Positions 1-10,046 of a stretch of DNA of 64,000 nt are shown here, piece after piece (the stretch's first letter is position 1; the number at the start of each line of letters is the position of its first letter). A program made the position numbers and the translations under genes. The notes under the pieces are model-generated. The model was given only the letters and a program-made list of their open reading frames with translations, was not told the origin of the DNA and made no database searches. Source of the stretch: Candidatus Hydrogenedentota bacterium (GTDB lineage Bacteria > Hydrogenedentota > Hydrogenedentia > Hydrogenedentales > SLHB01); the NCBI GenBank assembly GCA_963668025.2, contig CAXXTH010000017.1, forward strand, positions 1,376,001 to 1,440,000, in the 5' to 3' direction.

Positions 1-882
1 TGTCCAATAGGAAAACAGCAGGGACGACCACAGGTCTTGCGGCGTGTGCCCGGGGTACACGCTCAGCCATAAATCCAAGCAGGTCCAATAGGGGAGATTA
101 TATTGTTTCGCCGCGCCTAGCGCCGCCGCCGCGGTTATTGGAGTGATGGATTCCTTCAAGTATTTCGGCGCGGGCACGATGCCGGCTTCCGCGAGGAGGT
201 GGTTTAGGACCGGGAAGACATACTCGCCTGAAATGACCGGGCCTTTCGTCTTTTGGCGGGCGTTCTCCGCGAAACCCGGGTATTGGACGCTCATGAGCTT
301 GGCGAGGTTGTTTTTGTTGCCGATATACGCCTGCTCGAGCGTATCTCCCTGCGCATCATAGAAGGTGGGCGCATACTTGCCCTCGAGGATGGTGATCCAT
401 GCGCCGTTCATGATGCAATGGTCGAGTTCATCGTAACAAATGCCCAGAAAATAGGGGGAATTGCGGCAGAATTCCACGAGGTCTTTCGGCATTTGGAAGA
501 ATAGCCCCGGTTTCGTATACATGCTTTCATCGCCACGTTCCCGGAGGCCGCCCTCGTTGTTCACGATGTAGCTATGGCCCGTCTGCCGCGCCCATGCATC
601 CAGCTTGGAAACCTCTTCGGCAAGCGGCATACGGCTCAGATGGTAACTCAGGAAGTCAAAGCCAATCTCGTCAAACACCTGCTGTTCCCGGGGGTCATCG
701 AAAATAGGTTTGGAACTGCCCGCGTCATCCACCCCCAATGGCATATCCGTCTCAGGCGGTTTATCCACTTGCGCCTGTGCAGGAACGCTTGCCCAGAACA
801 TAGGAATGCACAGACACGCCAAGCGAATGGCGGGTATGAAAATCCCAAAAGAAAGAGTTGTTGCAAAAGTCATCTTCAGCAT
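1..882 (-). CDS. Secreted hypothetical protein, paralog of 1222..2913 (3' end runs off the window)
   Basis: Manual translation from ATG 882 (RBS GGAAGGA) gives MLKMTF...DMPLGVDDAGSSKPIFDDPREQQVFDEIGFDFLSYHL, matching the neighbour's DMPLGVDDGCSPIRIYDNPREQQVFDEIGFDFLSYHL. Not listed in the ORF track. Confidence 0.85.
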   Translation of the reverse strand, partial: MLKMTFATTLSFGIFIPAIRLACLCIPMFWASVPAQAQVDKPPETDMPLGVDDAGSSKPIFDDPREQQVFDEIGFDFLSYHLSRMPLAEEVSKLDAWARQTGHSYIVNNEGGLRERGDESMYTKPGLFFQMPKDLVEFCRNSPYFLGICYDELDHCIMNGAWITILEGKYAPTFYDAQGDTLEQAYIGNKNNLAKLMSVQYPGFAENARQKTKGPVISGEYVFPVLNHLLAEAGIVPAPKYLKESITPITAAAALGAAKQYNLPYWTCLDLWLSVYPGHTPQDLWSSLLFSYWT

Positions 883-1221
883 GTTGTAGTTCCTTCCCGC
901 AATGTTTCTTTTCATGACGCCACGCATCCCCGCAAAACGAGATATGCACCACATCATAAGGCAGCGCCCTATCACCATATAGTTCCTTACATTAAGCGCC
1001 TACAAGGCTGCCTGAGTTCTCGCTCGATATAGTATCAGTATTCATTAATGTCCATTCGCGGTTCTTGAAAGAATAGTGGATTACAGCGATGGATCATAAG
1101 TCTTTACCCATTGTGAAAGCGATAGCCGGTAAAATGTGTTGTAGAATAACACCTCTTGTAGTTAAATAACGTGTAATATATCCTATGCGGGCCATTTGAT
1201 CCTCGATAAAAACCGACAGAA

Positions 1222-2913
1222 TTATTTTAGTGATCCTGTAGTTACCTTGATAGGTTCCGCTGGGTGTGGAGCGGCAAAAATCACCTCGGTATTGCCAAAC
1301 ACATACCGCAATTCGTCTGGTTTGCCTAGATAGGGCTTCACGAGGGAAACGACGCCTTCATCCATGACATTGTCGGTCACAATCCAACGGCCCTTTCCTT
1401 TGGAAACAATCGTATAGGGTGAAGAACTGTCGTGCTGCATTCCTTCCGGCGCTAGATGTGTTGTGGTAACGACGGTGAGTCCCTGTTCACACACAAACTG
1501 CTCAAGGGTTGCCATGCATGCAGGGCTAATCATCTTGCCGGTGAGAAACACGAGCCGTGCGCTTCGGTAGAGTTCTGGATCCGCCGCCAAATGGTCATAA
1601 ACGGCTACGTTGTTGGCGGGAAAGAAGAATCGGTACGGTTTGCCCATGGAAAGGTTGTTGAAATTGAGGGCAAGCAAGGGCGTTTTACCGTGCGAGATGA
1701 CGTTCCATATCTTGAACCAATACTGCGTTTGCGGATCTGGTTTGAGATCGGGAGCGCCATACAGGTAGCCCGTGATGTAGGTGCTGGTCTTCTCTTGGCC
1801 CCAGTCGGAGTCGTCGAAGTGTATAATGATTATTTCAGGTTCGAAGTCGCGGGAAGAAAAGGTTCGCCGGTGCGTGGGAAGATAGTTCTGACGAAACTCT
1901 TTTGCCACTTCACCCCACGGTGATAGCTCGATCCCGTTAGCGGCTTTGACATAGAGACTACCCTTGAAGAGGAAGTTAGTGCCGTCACCACCCAGGTTCT
2001 CAATATATGCGCGTTCCGCGCCCGTCCAGTAGGAGAACAGCAGGGACGCCCACAGGTCTTGAGGCGAATGGCCTGGGTACTCTGCGCACCATAGGTCCAA
2101 GCACGTCCAGTATGGCAAGTTGTATTGCTTTGCGGCTCCCAACGCCACTGCCGCCGTCACTGGCGTGATTGACTCTTTCAAGTACTTTGGCGTCGGCACA
2201 ATCCCCGCGCGCGCGAGGAGATGGTTCAGGACTGGAAATACGTACTCGCCGCAGATAACGGGCGTCTTGCCGCGCTGTCGGGCGTTTTCCGCGAAACCAG
2301 GATACTGTGTGTCCATGAGCACGGACAGGTTGTGGCTGTTGCCGGCATACGCCTGTTCGAGCGAGTCTCCGGACGCATCATACAAGCACGGTGCGTACTT
2401 GCCTTCGAGGATGGTTATCCATGCGCCGTTCATTATGCAGTGGTCGAGTTCATCGTAACAGATGCCCAGGAATCGCGGTGAAGAACGACAGAATTCCACG
2501 AGATCCTTGGGCAGTTGGAAGAAGAGCCCCGGCTTTCTGAACAAGCTCTCGTCGCCCCGCGCTCGCACGCCACCCTCGCTGTTTATGATGTAGTCGTGGC
2601 CCGTCCGCCGCGCCCACGCGTCAAGCTTGGAAATCCCTTCGGCAAGGTCCGCGGGTTCAAGATGGTAACTTAAAAAATCGAAGCCAATCTCATCAAACAC
2701 TTGCTGTTCCCTGGGATTGTCGTAAATTCGTATGGGACTGCAGCCGTCATCCACTCCCAGCGGCATATCGGTTTCTTGCGGCTTATCCGCCTGCGCCTGT
2801 GCGGGAACGATTGCTAAAAACACAAGAATACAGAGACACACCAAGAGAATAGCCGGCATATGAACCCGGATTTGACACACCGTTATAGTGATAATCTGTT
2901 TGTTCTGTATCAT
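1222..2913 (-). CDS. Secreted hypothetical protein, possibly glycoside-hydrolase-like
   Basis: Long ORF with a signal peptide ending AQA. ATG 2913 overlaps the upstream stop (ATGA). YDELDH and AYIEN are shared candidate acidic motifs (YDELDH also in the paralog). Confidence 0.75.
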   Translation of the reverse strand: MIQNKQIITITVCQIRVHMPAILLVCLCILVFLAIVPAQAQADKPQETDMPLGVDDGCSPIRIYDNPREQQVFDEIGFDFLSYHLEPADLAEGISKLDAWARRTGHDYIINSEGGVRARGDESLFRKPGLFFQLPKDLVEFCRSSPRFLGICYDELDHCIMNGAWITILEGKYAPCLYDASGDSLEQAYAGNSHNLSVLMDTQYPGFAENARQRGKTPVICGEYVFPVLNHLLARAGIVPTPKYLKESITPVTAAVALGAAKQYNLPYWTCLDLWCAEYPGHSPQDLWASLLFSYWTGAERAYIENLGGDGTNFLFKGSLYVKAANGIELSPWGEVAKEFRQNYLPTHRRTFSSRDFEPEIIIIHFDDSDWGQEKTSTYITGYLYGAPDLKPDPQTQYWFKIWNVISHGKTPLLALNFNNLSMGKPYRFFFPANNVAVYDHLAADPELYRSARLVFLTGKMISPACMATLEQFVCEQGLTVVTTTHLAPEGMQHDSSSPYTIVSKGKGRWIVTDNVMDEGVVSLVKPYLGKPDELRYVFGNTEVIFAAPHPAEPIKVTTGSLK

Positions 2914-5240
2914 CGCGTGGTTCCTTTCGATGCAGCTCCCATTTTGGTCTGCGGGTCCACGACCAGCCAGAACGCCTCGCAAGGCTCGAAGGCGGCATCT
3001 ATAAGGATATCTCCTTCAGGCAAAGACTCAGAAGCAACCGTACGTATCTCTCCATTTTCGCAATTCCATATCGAGCACTGCCCCTGGACATCGCGGATGC
3101 GCAGACGGCAATTCTTCGGCTCTTCCGAATTGTTCACCAGCCAAAAATAATCCCGGCCATCAATCCGGCGGTGTGATTGGAGCATCGGGAATTCGCCTTT
3201 CTCGAATGCCACTTGCGGAGGCGCTGTCTGGCTGATAAATTGAGGCAGCTCCTCTAGTGTCGAGTGTTTCACATTCGGCATACGCCGAAGCTTCTCGACC
3301 ATATGGTTCATCGCGGGATCATTCATGCCATTATCCGTTGAGCCTTGAGGCAATTGGTCCAGATACAGGAGCAGCCCGCCTGCTTGTGCGAAAGACAACA
3401 GTTTTTTGACTACTTTCAACGGCAATACGGTTAAGCGGGGCAAAACCACCACCTTGAAAGAAAACTCGCCGATGGACAGCGCAGCTTCGTCTGAGACCCT
3501 CATGCGATTAATGTAATAGCGGTCCGCAATCATATATTCGGTTCTAGAACGAGTCAGGCATTCAATGGCTCCCGAATACACACTCTCAATGGTCTTAACC
3601 TCTTCGGTTGTCCAGTTGGGGAGATCAAAAAAGAACTTGGGGACATCGTAGTTAGTCAATTTGGGATCGAATGTCGCCGGGCAGGTGGATATCCAGACGC
3701 TGTCCATGGGATTGACTAATAGGACATCCGGAACTAGATGGCCATGCGAATTTACAAAGCTGGCCCGCCTGACGAAATCCGTCCATAAATCGAGGTAATC
3801 CCAAAAAGGATTTTCATCATACCAGTCACAAGGGAAGGGAATGGAATTCAGTTCCCGGTCCAGAAATACGCCATGGGGGATGGCGTGGCTTACGCCCCAC
3901 GCCGTGATGGAGTTCGCGATTTGTTTCATCAAGACAGGCGTTTGCTGCCAGCCCGCCACGCCCATGACTTCGGATGTGAACCGTTTTCCATCAAATTCAC
4001 TAACCGATTGGGTTTCTTTAAAGGCGCGCACCTCGAGCCCGGATGAACCGAGACAGTCCTGGCCGGGCATCGAAAACGCGCGTTGCGCTTTGAAATAATC
4101 CCCAACCATGGCAGCTTGCTGCGTTAATACGGGCCATGTATGCCCGGTGAAATACATGCCATGGCCTTCACACCACTGGTTCAATGCGCCAAAAAAACCG
4201 TCTGAATACAGGTCAGATACGGCGTCATACCAGTTCCAGCGAATTTTGACGTATTGTCCCTCTTGATCTTCTTCGAAAAGAAGGGGAAGCCATGTCTTCA
4301 GGTCCAGGCCGGTTTTAGCATGAAACACCGTTTCCAAATCATTGGACCATGCCAGTTTGAATCCATAGGCTCCTTCATGGTCGCAAAACACGCCAGGCAT
4401 GGATTTTCCCAGCCGGTTTCCGAAATACACCGCATACGGCTCATAGGCGATCTTAATATATGCCTTGGCCAGCCGCCGGTCCAGGTAGTTGACATCCCCA
4501 CCGTCTAGGTCGAGTTGGTGTATTTTCTGAAAAACATACAAGCGCCAATTCCCATTCGGAACGGCCCATGTGAACGGCGTGCCCGAACCAATGACTTTCA
4601 AGGTCTTGCTCGCAATAAGCCCTTTTCCACTTTCTCCGTCCTTCTCGGCCAGACGGGCGGCCACCACAAAAAACGATTCCGGCAAGCTGGCTTCTTGTCC
4701 TCCGTTGACATCCATCGTATCCCATCCAAGGGACAATGACTTCAGTTCAGGATATTGCTGAAGCACTTTCCCGTCGGCCCGGCCCATGGGCCACCAATAA
4801 TCATCACAGAACCCGAAATAGCCGTTCGCTTTTTCGCTCTCCTTCAGTGCGGCATCCAATGTTTCAAACCACAAAGGCGACAGCCATTGGTCATGGGGCA
4901 ATAGGCTCAAGGTCTTTCCAGGGATGGGATGATCGAGGGGCTTGCAATAGGGTTCCGCACCCGAACTACGGGCATGTGCGTAGCCAGGATTAAGGCCTTT
5001 GCCACTCATTTTAGCCGCCATGGCCGCCGCCAATCTCGGATCAAGCGGCGCATCATAAAACCAGAAAGCGAAAGGGGCATAGAGCATATCAGGTTGCTTG
5101 AATTGGGTGCGGAGATCATGGAAAGAGATTGATTGGCGGTATCCAGGTTTTGGATTCATATCTTCCCCTTCATTGGCCGCGTAACTACAAAACGCCATGC
5201 CACAAAGCATAACAACGAGGGGAGCCCATCTAGGCTTCAT
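2910..5240 (-). CDS. Glycoside hydrolase, GH106 (alpha-L-rhamnosidase)-like
   Basis: Signal peptide; motifs PFAFWF, DDYWWPMG, PGVFCDHE, W..GH...TGH, SEVMG, W.YENPFW..L..W...RR and W.CENG; GGAG RBS. Confidence 0.7.
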   Translation of the reverse strand: MKPRWAPLVVMLCGMAFCSYAANEGEDMNPKPGYRQSISFHDLRTQFKQPDMLYAPFAFWFYDAPLDPRLAAAMAAKMSGKGLNPGYAHARSSGAEPYCKPLDHPIPGKTLSLLPHDQWLSPLWFETLDAALKESEKANGYFGFCDDYWWPMGRADGKVLQQYPELKSLSLGWDTMDVNGGQEASLPESFFVVAARLAEKDGESGKGLIASKTLKVIGSGTPFTWAVPNGNWRLYVFQKIHQLDLDGGDVNYLDRRLAKAYIKIAYEPYAVYFGNRLGKSMPGVFCDHEGAYGFKLAWSNDLETVFHAKTGLDLKTWLPLLFEEDQEGQYVKIRWNWYDAVSDLYSDGFFGALNQWCEGHGMYFTGHTWPVLTQQAAMVGDYFKAQRAFSMPGQDCLGSSGLEVRAFKETQSVSEFDGKRFTSEVMGVAGWQQTPVLMKQIANSITAWGVSHAIPHGVFLDRELNSIPFPCDWYDENPFWDYLDLWTDFVRRASFVNSHGHLVPDVLLVNPMDSVWISTCPATFDPKLTNYDVPKFFFDLPNWTTEEVKTIESVYSGAIECLTRSRTEYMIADRYYINRMRVSDEAALSIGEFSFKVVVLPRLTVLPLKVVKKLLSFAQAGGLLLYLDQLPQGSTDNGMNDPAMNHMVEKLRRMPNVKHSTLEELPQFISQTAPPQVAFEKGEFPMLQSHRRIDGRDYFWLVNNSEEPKNCRLRIRDVQGQCSIWNCENGEIRTVASESLPEGDILIDAAFEPCEAFWLVVDPQTKMGAASKGTTR

Positions 5241-5710
5241 TTTTTCATCTCCTCATGTTTTCTCTGATGAATATCAGTGGAGTATGGAAACTATATGTGA
5301 ATAATTTTTCCTGTTCCTGTGGCTTTTTTCGTAACACTTTAGCCAACTGAAGCAAGATCTGATGCTCTTTCTTATTTATTGCATCGCAACGGTATTAATA
5401 CGCACTATGCCATGTAACGACCGTCAGGGGTGCGGTCCCTCCCTTTTTTCTAGTAAGCAATGTGTGGGACCGGCGCCCTCGCCGGTCATTCTTCACCTCT
5501 AGGCTAAAGTGTTACTTCTTTTCACTTCTCGCACATCCTATCAGCCCGCTCAAGCGGGCTAAGAGGACTAGCGGTTCCTCACTATTAAGTCTCTGGCAGT
5601 GCCAGAAATGTTGTACGAACTAGGTCAAACGCCGGCGTTTATAGTGAAACTCTTCTAGGTGGCGTATAAGCACCTGTTCTAATATGTTAAATTTACAACT
5701 TTTCCACAAT

Positions 5711-5739
5711 AAAGTACCGTGTTTTTCCGCGCTTGTCAA
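5711..5739 (-). promoter_or_regulatory. Putative sigma70 promoter facing the GH cluster
   Basis: Minus strand reads TTGACA-N17-TACTTT, about 470 nt upstream of the GH106-like start. Confidence 0.45.
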
Positions 5740-6125
5740 GTCTTCTGATTGCTACATCCGATATCAGTTTTTTTGTTTATTAGTAAATCCATACATGCCC
5801 GTATTTTCGCATATTTATAATGGCAAAAGTGCAGATATGGAAATTCCAAGTGGCTAGTGGCAGAAATAAAGCTTGAAATCAGCATTAAAATGGAGTGATT
5901 ATTGCCTATTTGCATGAGGCTTTTGAGGACAGGATAGAGATAGTTTATGTAAAAATTCGCTTTTAATTTTACATTATGAACAATTTGGTGGTTGCGGTGA
6001 AATTATGGCTTAATATGAGGTAAACACCTTAGCAAAAGGAAAAGAATTTTTTTCTGCTCAACTACGGCCTCTTGTCTCGTTCTTTCATGTTTTTAATAGG
6101 TATCTATAGAGTAGCACTACCCCGC

Positions 6126-7121
6126 CTAATCTGGATCAGTTTTGCGCTCTTTCTTGCGAACGAATAGAATCGATGCCAATACTAATAATATACCTAAAGC
6201 AATATAGGAATTGGGTGGCTTGATGATGGATTTGACCATCTTTTTCATTACTAGATCCAGCCTGTTTTTTATGTCGCGATGCAATGGAAGCCTCAAGCCG
6301 TTATTATCTGGTGGAAGACTAAATCGGGCCTTGTCAACCGGGCCGATCCAGGATGTTTCATTCAGTAATTCTATTGTGATTTTTTTCTCATCTTGGAATG
6401 TATATTCGAGACGCTCGGGTAGATAAATGCCGTCGATTTTGGTATGGCCTACCCATGTAAATGACTTTTCAGGTTCGTTATCATCAATAAACCCCCAATC
6501 GGAAACAGGCATATGATATACTACATCAATTTCATATAACTCTGCGCAACTCGGAATATCATTTATAGGAAAAGCGATCTCGATTTCGATGATTTCATTG
6601 AGCTCGTCTGTTTTTTCTATCAATCCATCTGAGTGATATTTCACTGGAAATATTCGGAAGAATAAATCGGCCGTCGATAATCCCCGGTGGTCTTGTCCAA
6701 TAGTGACCGCCATGCTGCTCATCGGCTTGAGGTACGCACGGATGATCGCGTTCTTAAAATATTCATTATTCTCTATATCTTCGCGACAATAAGCGAAAAG
6801 AAAACTCAAATTCATTTCGCTTTTTGACAAGAAAGCTGTTTTCCCATCAGAAACAGCAATTATTTTTGTATCTTCACCCGTATATCCAATCCGAAAACGT
6901 TCTTCGCCCGTCCATTCAAAATAGAAATAGAAAGGCTCCACCGCCAGTTCTGATGCGCTCTGAACTGTGCATTTAAACTCTAGATGGCCCGATGTTAGCT
7001 TGTCTTCTCTCTCGATGCATTTTCGAACCAAATCTCGTGCTTCGTCCGCATAGCAGATATACCCAATCAATATCTGCATGCAAAATAACAACATGCATTG
7101 ATGTGTTGAATGATACCGCAT
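6126..7121 (-). CDS. Hypothetical exported protein with a C-terminal membrane anchor
   Basis: 331 aa; signal-like N-terminus; C-terminal hydrophobic helix then RKKERK; GAGGAG RBS; visibly AT-richer than the core genes. Confidence 0.7.
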   Translation of the reverse strand: MRYHSTHQCMLLFCMQILIGYICYADEARDLVRKCIEREDKLTSGHLEFKCTVQSASELAVEPFYFYFEWTGEERFRIGYTGEDTKIIAVSDGKTAFLSKSEMNLSFLFAYCREDIENNEYFKNAIIRAYLKPMSSMAVTIGQDHRGLSTADLFFRIFPVKYHSDGLIEKTDELNEIIEIEIAFPINDIPSCAELYEIDVVYHMPVSDWGFIDDNEPEKSFTWVGHTKIDGIYLPERLEYTFQDEKKITIELLNETSWIGPVDKARFSLPPDNNGLRLPLHRDIKNRLDLVMKKMVKSIIKPPNSYIALGILLVLASILFVRKKERKTDPD

Positions 7122-7272
7122 AACTACAAGCTCCTCTAGCTCCAGCTAGAAGCATAGGCCAGCAAAAAAATCTATTCTATCTGATGGCTGATAACGCAAG
7201 CAATCTTCTGTAAAAAGGGAGCGACAAAGTGGCCATGTGGCGCATTTGAAATAACTGCTGAACACCTACAAG

Positions 7273-7317
7273 AGAGGCCTGGCCGAATGCAATACAGGCG
7301 GCCAGGCCTCTTTTTTT
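7273..7317 (+). terminator. Intrinsic terminator-like hairpin
   Basis: 13-bp stem AGAGGCCTGGCCG/CGGCCAGGCCTCT running into a T tract. Confidence 0.6.
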
Positions 7318-7451
7318 GTGCGGATGACGGCACGCGCGAAACTTTTTAGTGTATACTAAGGGTGGGGAAACTGGAGATTCGCACCATGCGTGCGGTGGGA
7401 GCGGCTTATGCCTAGAATAAAGGCTGAGCCTCGGGGATAGGGGTTTTATGC

Positions 7452-9134
7452 ATGTTTGAAACGATACGAATACAGAATTATGCGCTAATCAATGAAGTGG
7501 AACTCGAGTTCCGGCCCGGGCTTACCGTGCTCACTGGCGAGACGGGCGCGGGGAAATCCATTATAGTGGATGCGCTCAACTTGGTGTTGGGTAGCCGCGC
7601 TTCCGCGGAAGTCGTGCGGGAAGGCGCGCGCAAAGCGCAAGTGGATGCCTTGTTCCGCATGGAAAAAGTGCCCCGGCGCCTGGCCCGCCTCCTCAAAGAA
7701 CATGATATCGAACTCGAGGATGGCTGTCTACTGCTTTCCCGGTCGGTATCTGCGGATGGCCGGAGCCGGGCGTATGCAGGTGGAAACCTCGTGCCTGCGG
7801 GCGTTTTGGCGGCCATAGGCGATGAAATGGTGGACCTGCATGGCCAGCATGAACACCAGTCCCTGCTAAATCCCGAACGGCAAATGGACCTGTTGGATGG
7901 CTTCGGTGGCACGGAAGAGGACGCCGTGGCGGTGGCTCAAATTGTAAGTGAGCTTCGCGACCTCGATAAGTCTATCGCGGATCTGGAGGCCGATGACCGG
8001 GAACGGGAGCGGCGTTTGGAGTTTTTACGGTTCGAGGTCGGCGAGATTGACGCCGCCGCCCTTCAGCCGGGAGAAGAGGAAGAAACCAAGGGACGGCGCA
8101 ACCTAATCGCCAATGCGGAGACCATCGTCAACTTGACCTCGACGGCCTATGGTTCGCTGTACGAACAGGATGAAGGAGCGGCCATAGATCGGATGAATAC
8201 GGCGCTGAAAGCGCTTATGGAATTATCCGAGATTGATGGCCAATTCCAGCCGTTCGTGCTTCAACTCGAACGCCTCCGCTCCGAAGTGGAAGATCTTGCG
8301 CGCCAAGTCCGCGTTTTTACGGACCAAGTCGAGTACGATCCAAACGAACTGGATAATTGCAGCGCCCGTTTGGCATTAATTAGCGGCCTGCGCCGCAAGT
8401 ATGGCGAAACCATCGAGGTGATCTTGGAATACCGCGCCAAGGCGGGGGAAGAGATTGACCGGTATGAACAGCGGGATCAACGGCTTGCGGAGATGAATGC
8501 CCGCCGCATCACGTTGCGGGAACAAGCGCATATTGCCGCTCAAACCCTCTCGCGCAAGCGAAAAAATGTGGCGGCAAAGCTCGATCGATATGTCACGGAG
8601 AGCTTGCAAGAACTGGGCATGAAGGGCGGCCTGTTCAAGACCCGTTTCGAGAACGCGGAATTAGGCTCGATTGGCATTGATCGAGTCGAGTTTTTGCTGA
8701 CGGCGAATCCAGGTGAAAAAGCCAAGCCCTTGCGCCAAGTGGCCTCTGGTGGTGAAATCTCGCGGGTCATGCTGGCGCTGAAGACGGTTTTTGCGAATGC
8801 CGACAAAATCCCGACGCTTATATTCGATGAAATTGATTCCGGCGTGGGGGGTGCTATGGCGTCTCAAGTAGCCTTGCGGCTGCGGGATCTCGCATCGTCT
8901 CACCAGACCTTATGCATCACCCATTTGGCGCAAATCGCGGCTTCCGCCCAAACACATTACGTGGTGTCTAAAACCGAAGAGGATGGCCGCACCCTGACCC
9001 ATGTGTTGCGCGTGGAAGGTGAGGCGCGCATTGAAGAAGTGGCGCGCTTGTTAGACGGCTCGCTATCAGGCGTCAGCCTTGAGCATGCGCGTGCTTTGCT
9101 CAAGGGGGCCATGGAAGGCGCGGCTAAGGAATAA
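7452..9134 (+). CDS. recN: DNA repair protein RecN
   Basis: TGETGAGKS Walker A, HGQHEHQ, ASGGE signature, IFDEID Walker B, CITHL. Confidence 0.97.
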   Translation: MFETIRIQNYALINEVELEFRPGLTVLTGETGAGKSIIVDALNLVLGSRASAEVVREGARKAQVDALFRMEKVPRRLARLLKEHDIELEDGCLLLSRSVSADGRSRAYAGGNLVPAGVLAAIGDEMVDLHGQHEHQSLLNPERQMDLLDGFGGTEEDAVAVAQIVSELRDLDKSIADLEADDRERERRLEFLRFEVGEIDAAALQPGEEEETKGRRNLIANAETIVNLTSTAYGSLYEQDEGAAIDRMNTALKALMELSEIDGQFQPFVLQLERLRSEVEDLARQVRVFTDQVEYDPNELDNCSARLALISGLRRKYGETIEVILEYRAKAGEEIDRYEQRDQRLAEMNARRITLREQAHIAAQTLSRKRKNVAAKLDRYVTESLQELGMKGGLFKTRFENAELGSIGIDRVEFLLTANPGEKAKPLRQVASGGEISRVMLALKTVFANADKIPTLIFDEIDSGVGGAMASQVALRLRDLASSHQTLCITHLAQIAASAQTHYVVSKTEEDGRTLTHVLRVEGEARIEEVARLLDGSLSGVSLEHARALLKGAMEGAAKE

Positions 9135-9339
9135 GGCCGGATATATTCTCCATCGTCGCGGCGGCGGCATGGGCGTTTTCCTCTTGAATGGCGAGGTAGA
9201 CTTCCCTGCGATGTACGGGCACGGCGCGCGGTGCAACAATGCCGATTTTCACCTGATTGTCTTTAATGTCAAGGACCTTCACTTCTATGTCCTCGCCAAT
9301 CATGATGCTCTCATCTTCCTTACGCGTGAGAACGAGCAT
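9124..9339 (-). CDS. csrA: Carbon storage regulator CsrA, FliW-type (71 aa)
   Basis: MLVLTRK...IGI.AP..V.VHR.E; R44 present; N55 and a C-terminal extension; AAGGAGG RBS. Confidence 0.97.
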   Translation of the reverse strand: MLVLTRKEDESIMIGEDIEVKVLDIKDNQVKIGIVAPRAVPVHRREVYLAIQEENAHAAAATMENISGLIP

Positions 9340-9790
9340 CGGACACCTCCTTGTCATTGGCGCTCTGGCGGGCTTGCGCAAGGAAAAATTGCACGGGATA
9401 AGGGCTGTTTTCAAGTATAACCTGTTTGGCCAGCCGCTGGCGCAGGTTGATTAGGATGGGCGCTTTCAGATTCGTCCTGATCTTTTGGGGATCCGGCGGC
9501 GCAACCACCAAGGTGAAGGGGGTGATATCCTCGGGTTTCGATGCGGCAAGCTCGGCCAAGTCATGCGGCGATGCTTGCACTTTATAATCGGGCACAACCG
9601 AATAGGGATTCATAAGGATAAAAGCTAATTTCCCCGAGTCTGTAGATTGCAGCCAATGCAGAAATTTGCTTGGCCCTGGCAACAAGACATAGCGCCGATA
9701 TTCTTGGAAACCCAGAATGGGCTGAGTGAACGTGATAATGCTATTTTCTTCGACGCTGATCGCGCCAAATCGCGTAGTCACGAGTTCCAT
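9320..9790 (-). CDS. fliW: Flagellar assembly factor FliW
   Basis: TTRFG, I.F..PILGF, WLQS, F..MNP, TNLKAPI.IN and KQVIL motifs; immediately upstream of csrA. Confidence 0.95.
   Translation of the reverse strand: MELVTTRFGAISVEENSIITFTQPILGFQEYRRYVLLPGPSKFLHWLQSTDSGKLAFILMNPYSVVPDYKVQASPHDLAELAASKPEDITPFTLVVAPPDPQKIRTNLKAPILINLRQRLAKQVILENSPYPVQFFLAQARQSANDKEVSDARSHA
9342..9355 (-). promoter_or_regulatory. Putative CsrA-binding hairpin over the csrA Shine-Dalgarno
   Basis: mRNA reads GACA-AGGAGG-UGUC: a 4-bp stem with GGA in a hexaloop, 2 nt before the AUG. Confidence 0.55.
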
Positions 9791-10046
9791 GAAATCGCCT
9801 TCCGAAATACCGCCTCCACCCAACCGCATCAGTATGCGCGAAACATGCGTCTTCTTGCAAGAGCGCATGATGTGCTCGAATGTTTGCTTACTCACGTGGA
9901 CGCAGAGGGCGCGGGAGAGCGCATGGCTTATCATAAAGATATGAGTACGATGATGTTTTTTACCATTCGCATTACAGCCGGTCCATCACTTCGTATTCCC
10001 CGTTTCTTAGGCCAAAATCCTGAGCAGTGGACATGGCTTGCCATGT

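Noticed and set aside
5736-5765. Sigma-28-like promoter on the plus strand (TCAA...TCCGATAT)
   Set aside because: The spacer is 17 rather than 15 nt, the -10 is imperfect, and there is no downstream plus-strand gene.
9791-10046. Sigma-28 promoter for fliW-csrA
   Set aside because: No GCCGAT-type -10 found on the minus strand of this gap.
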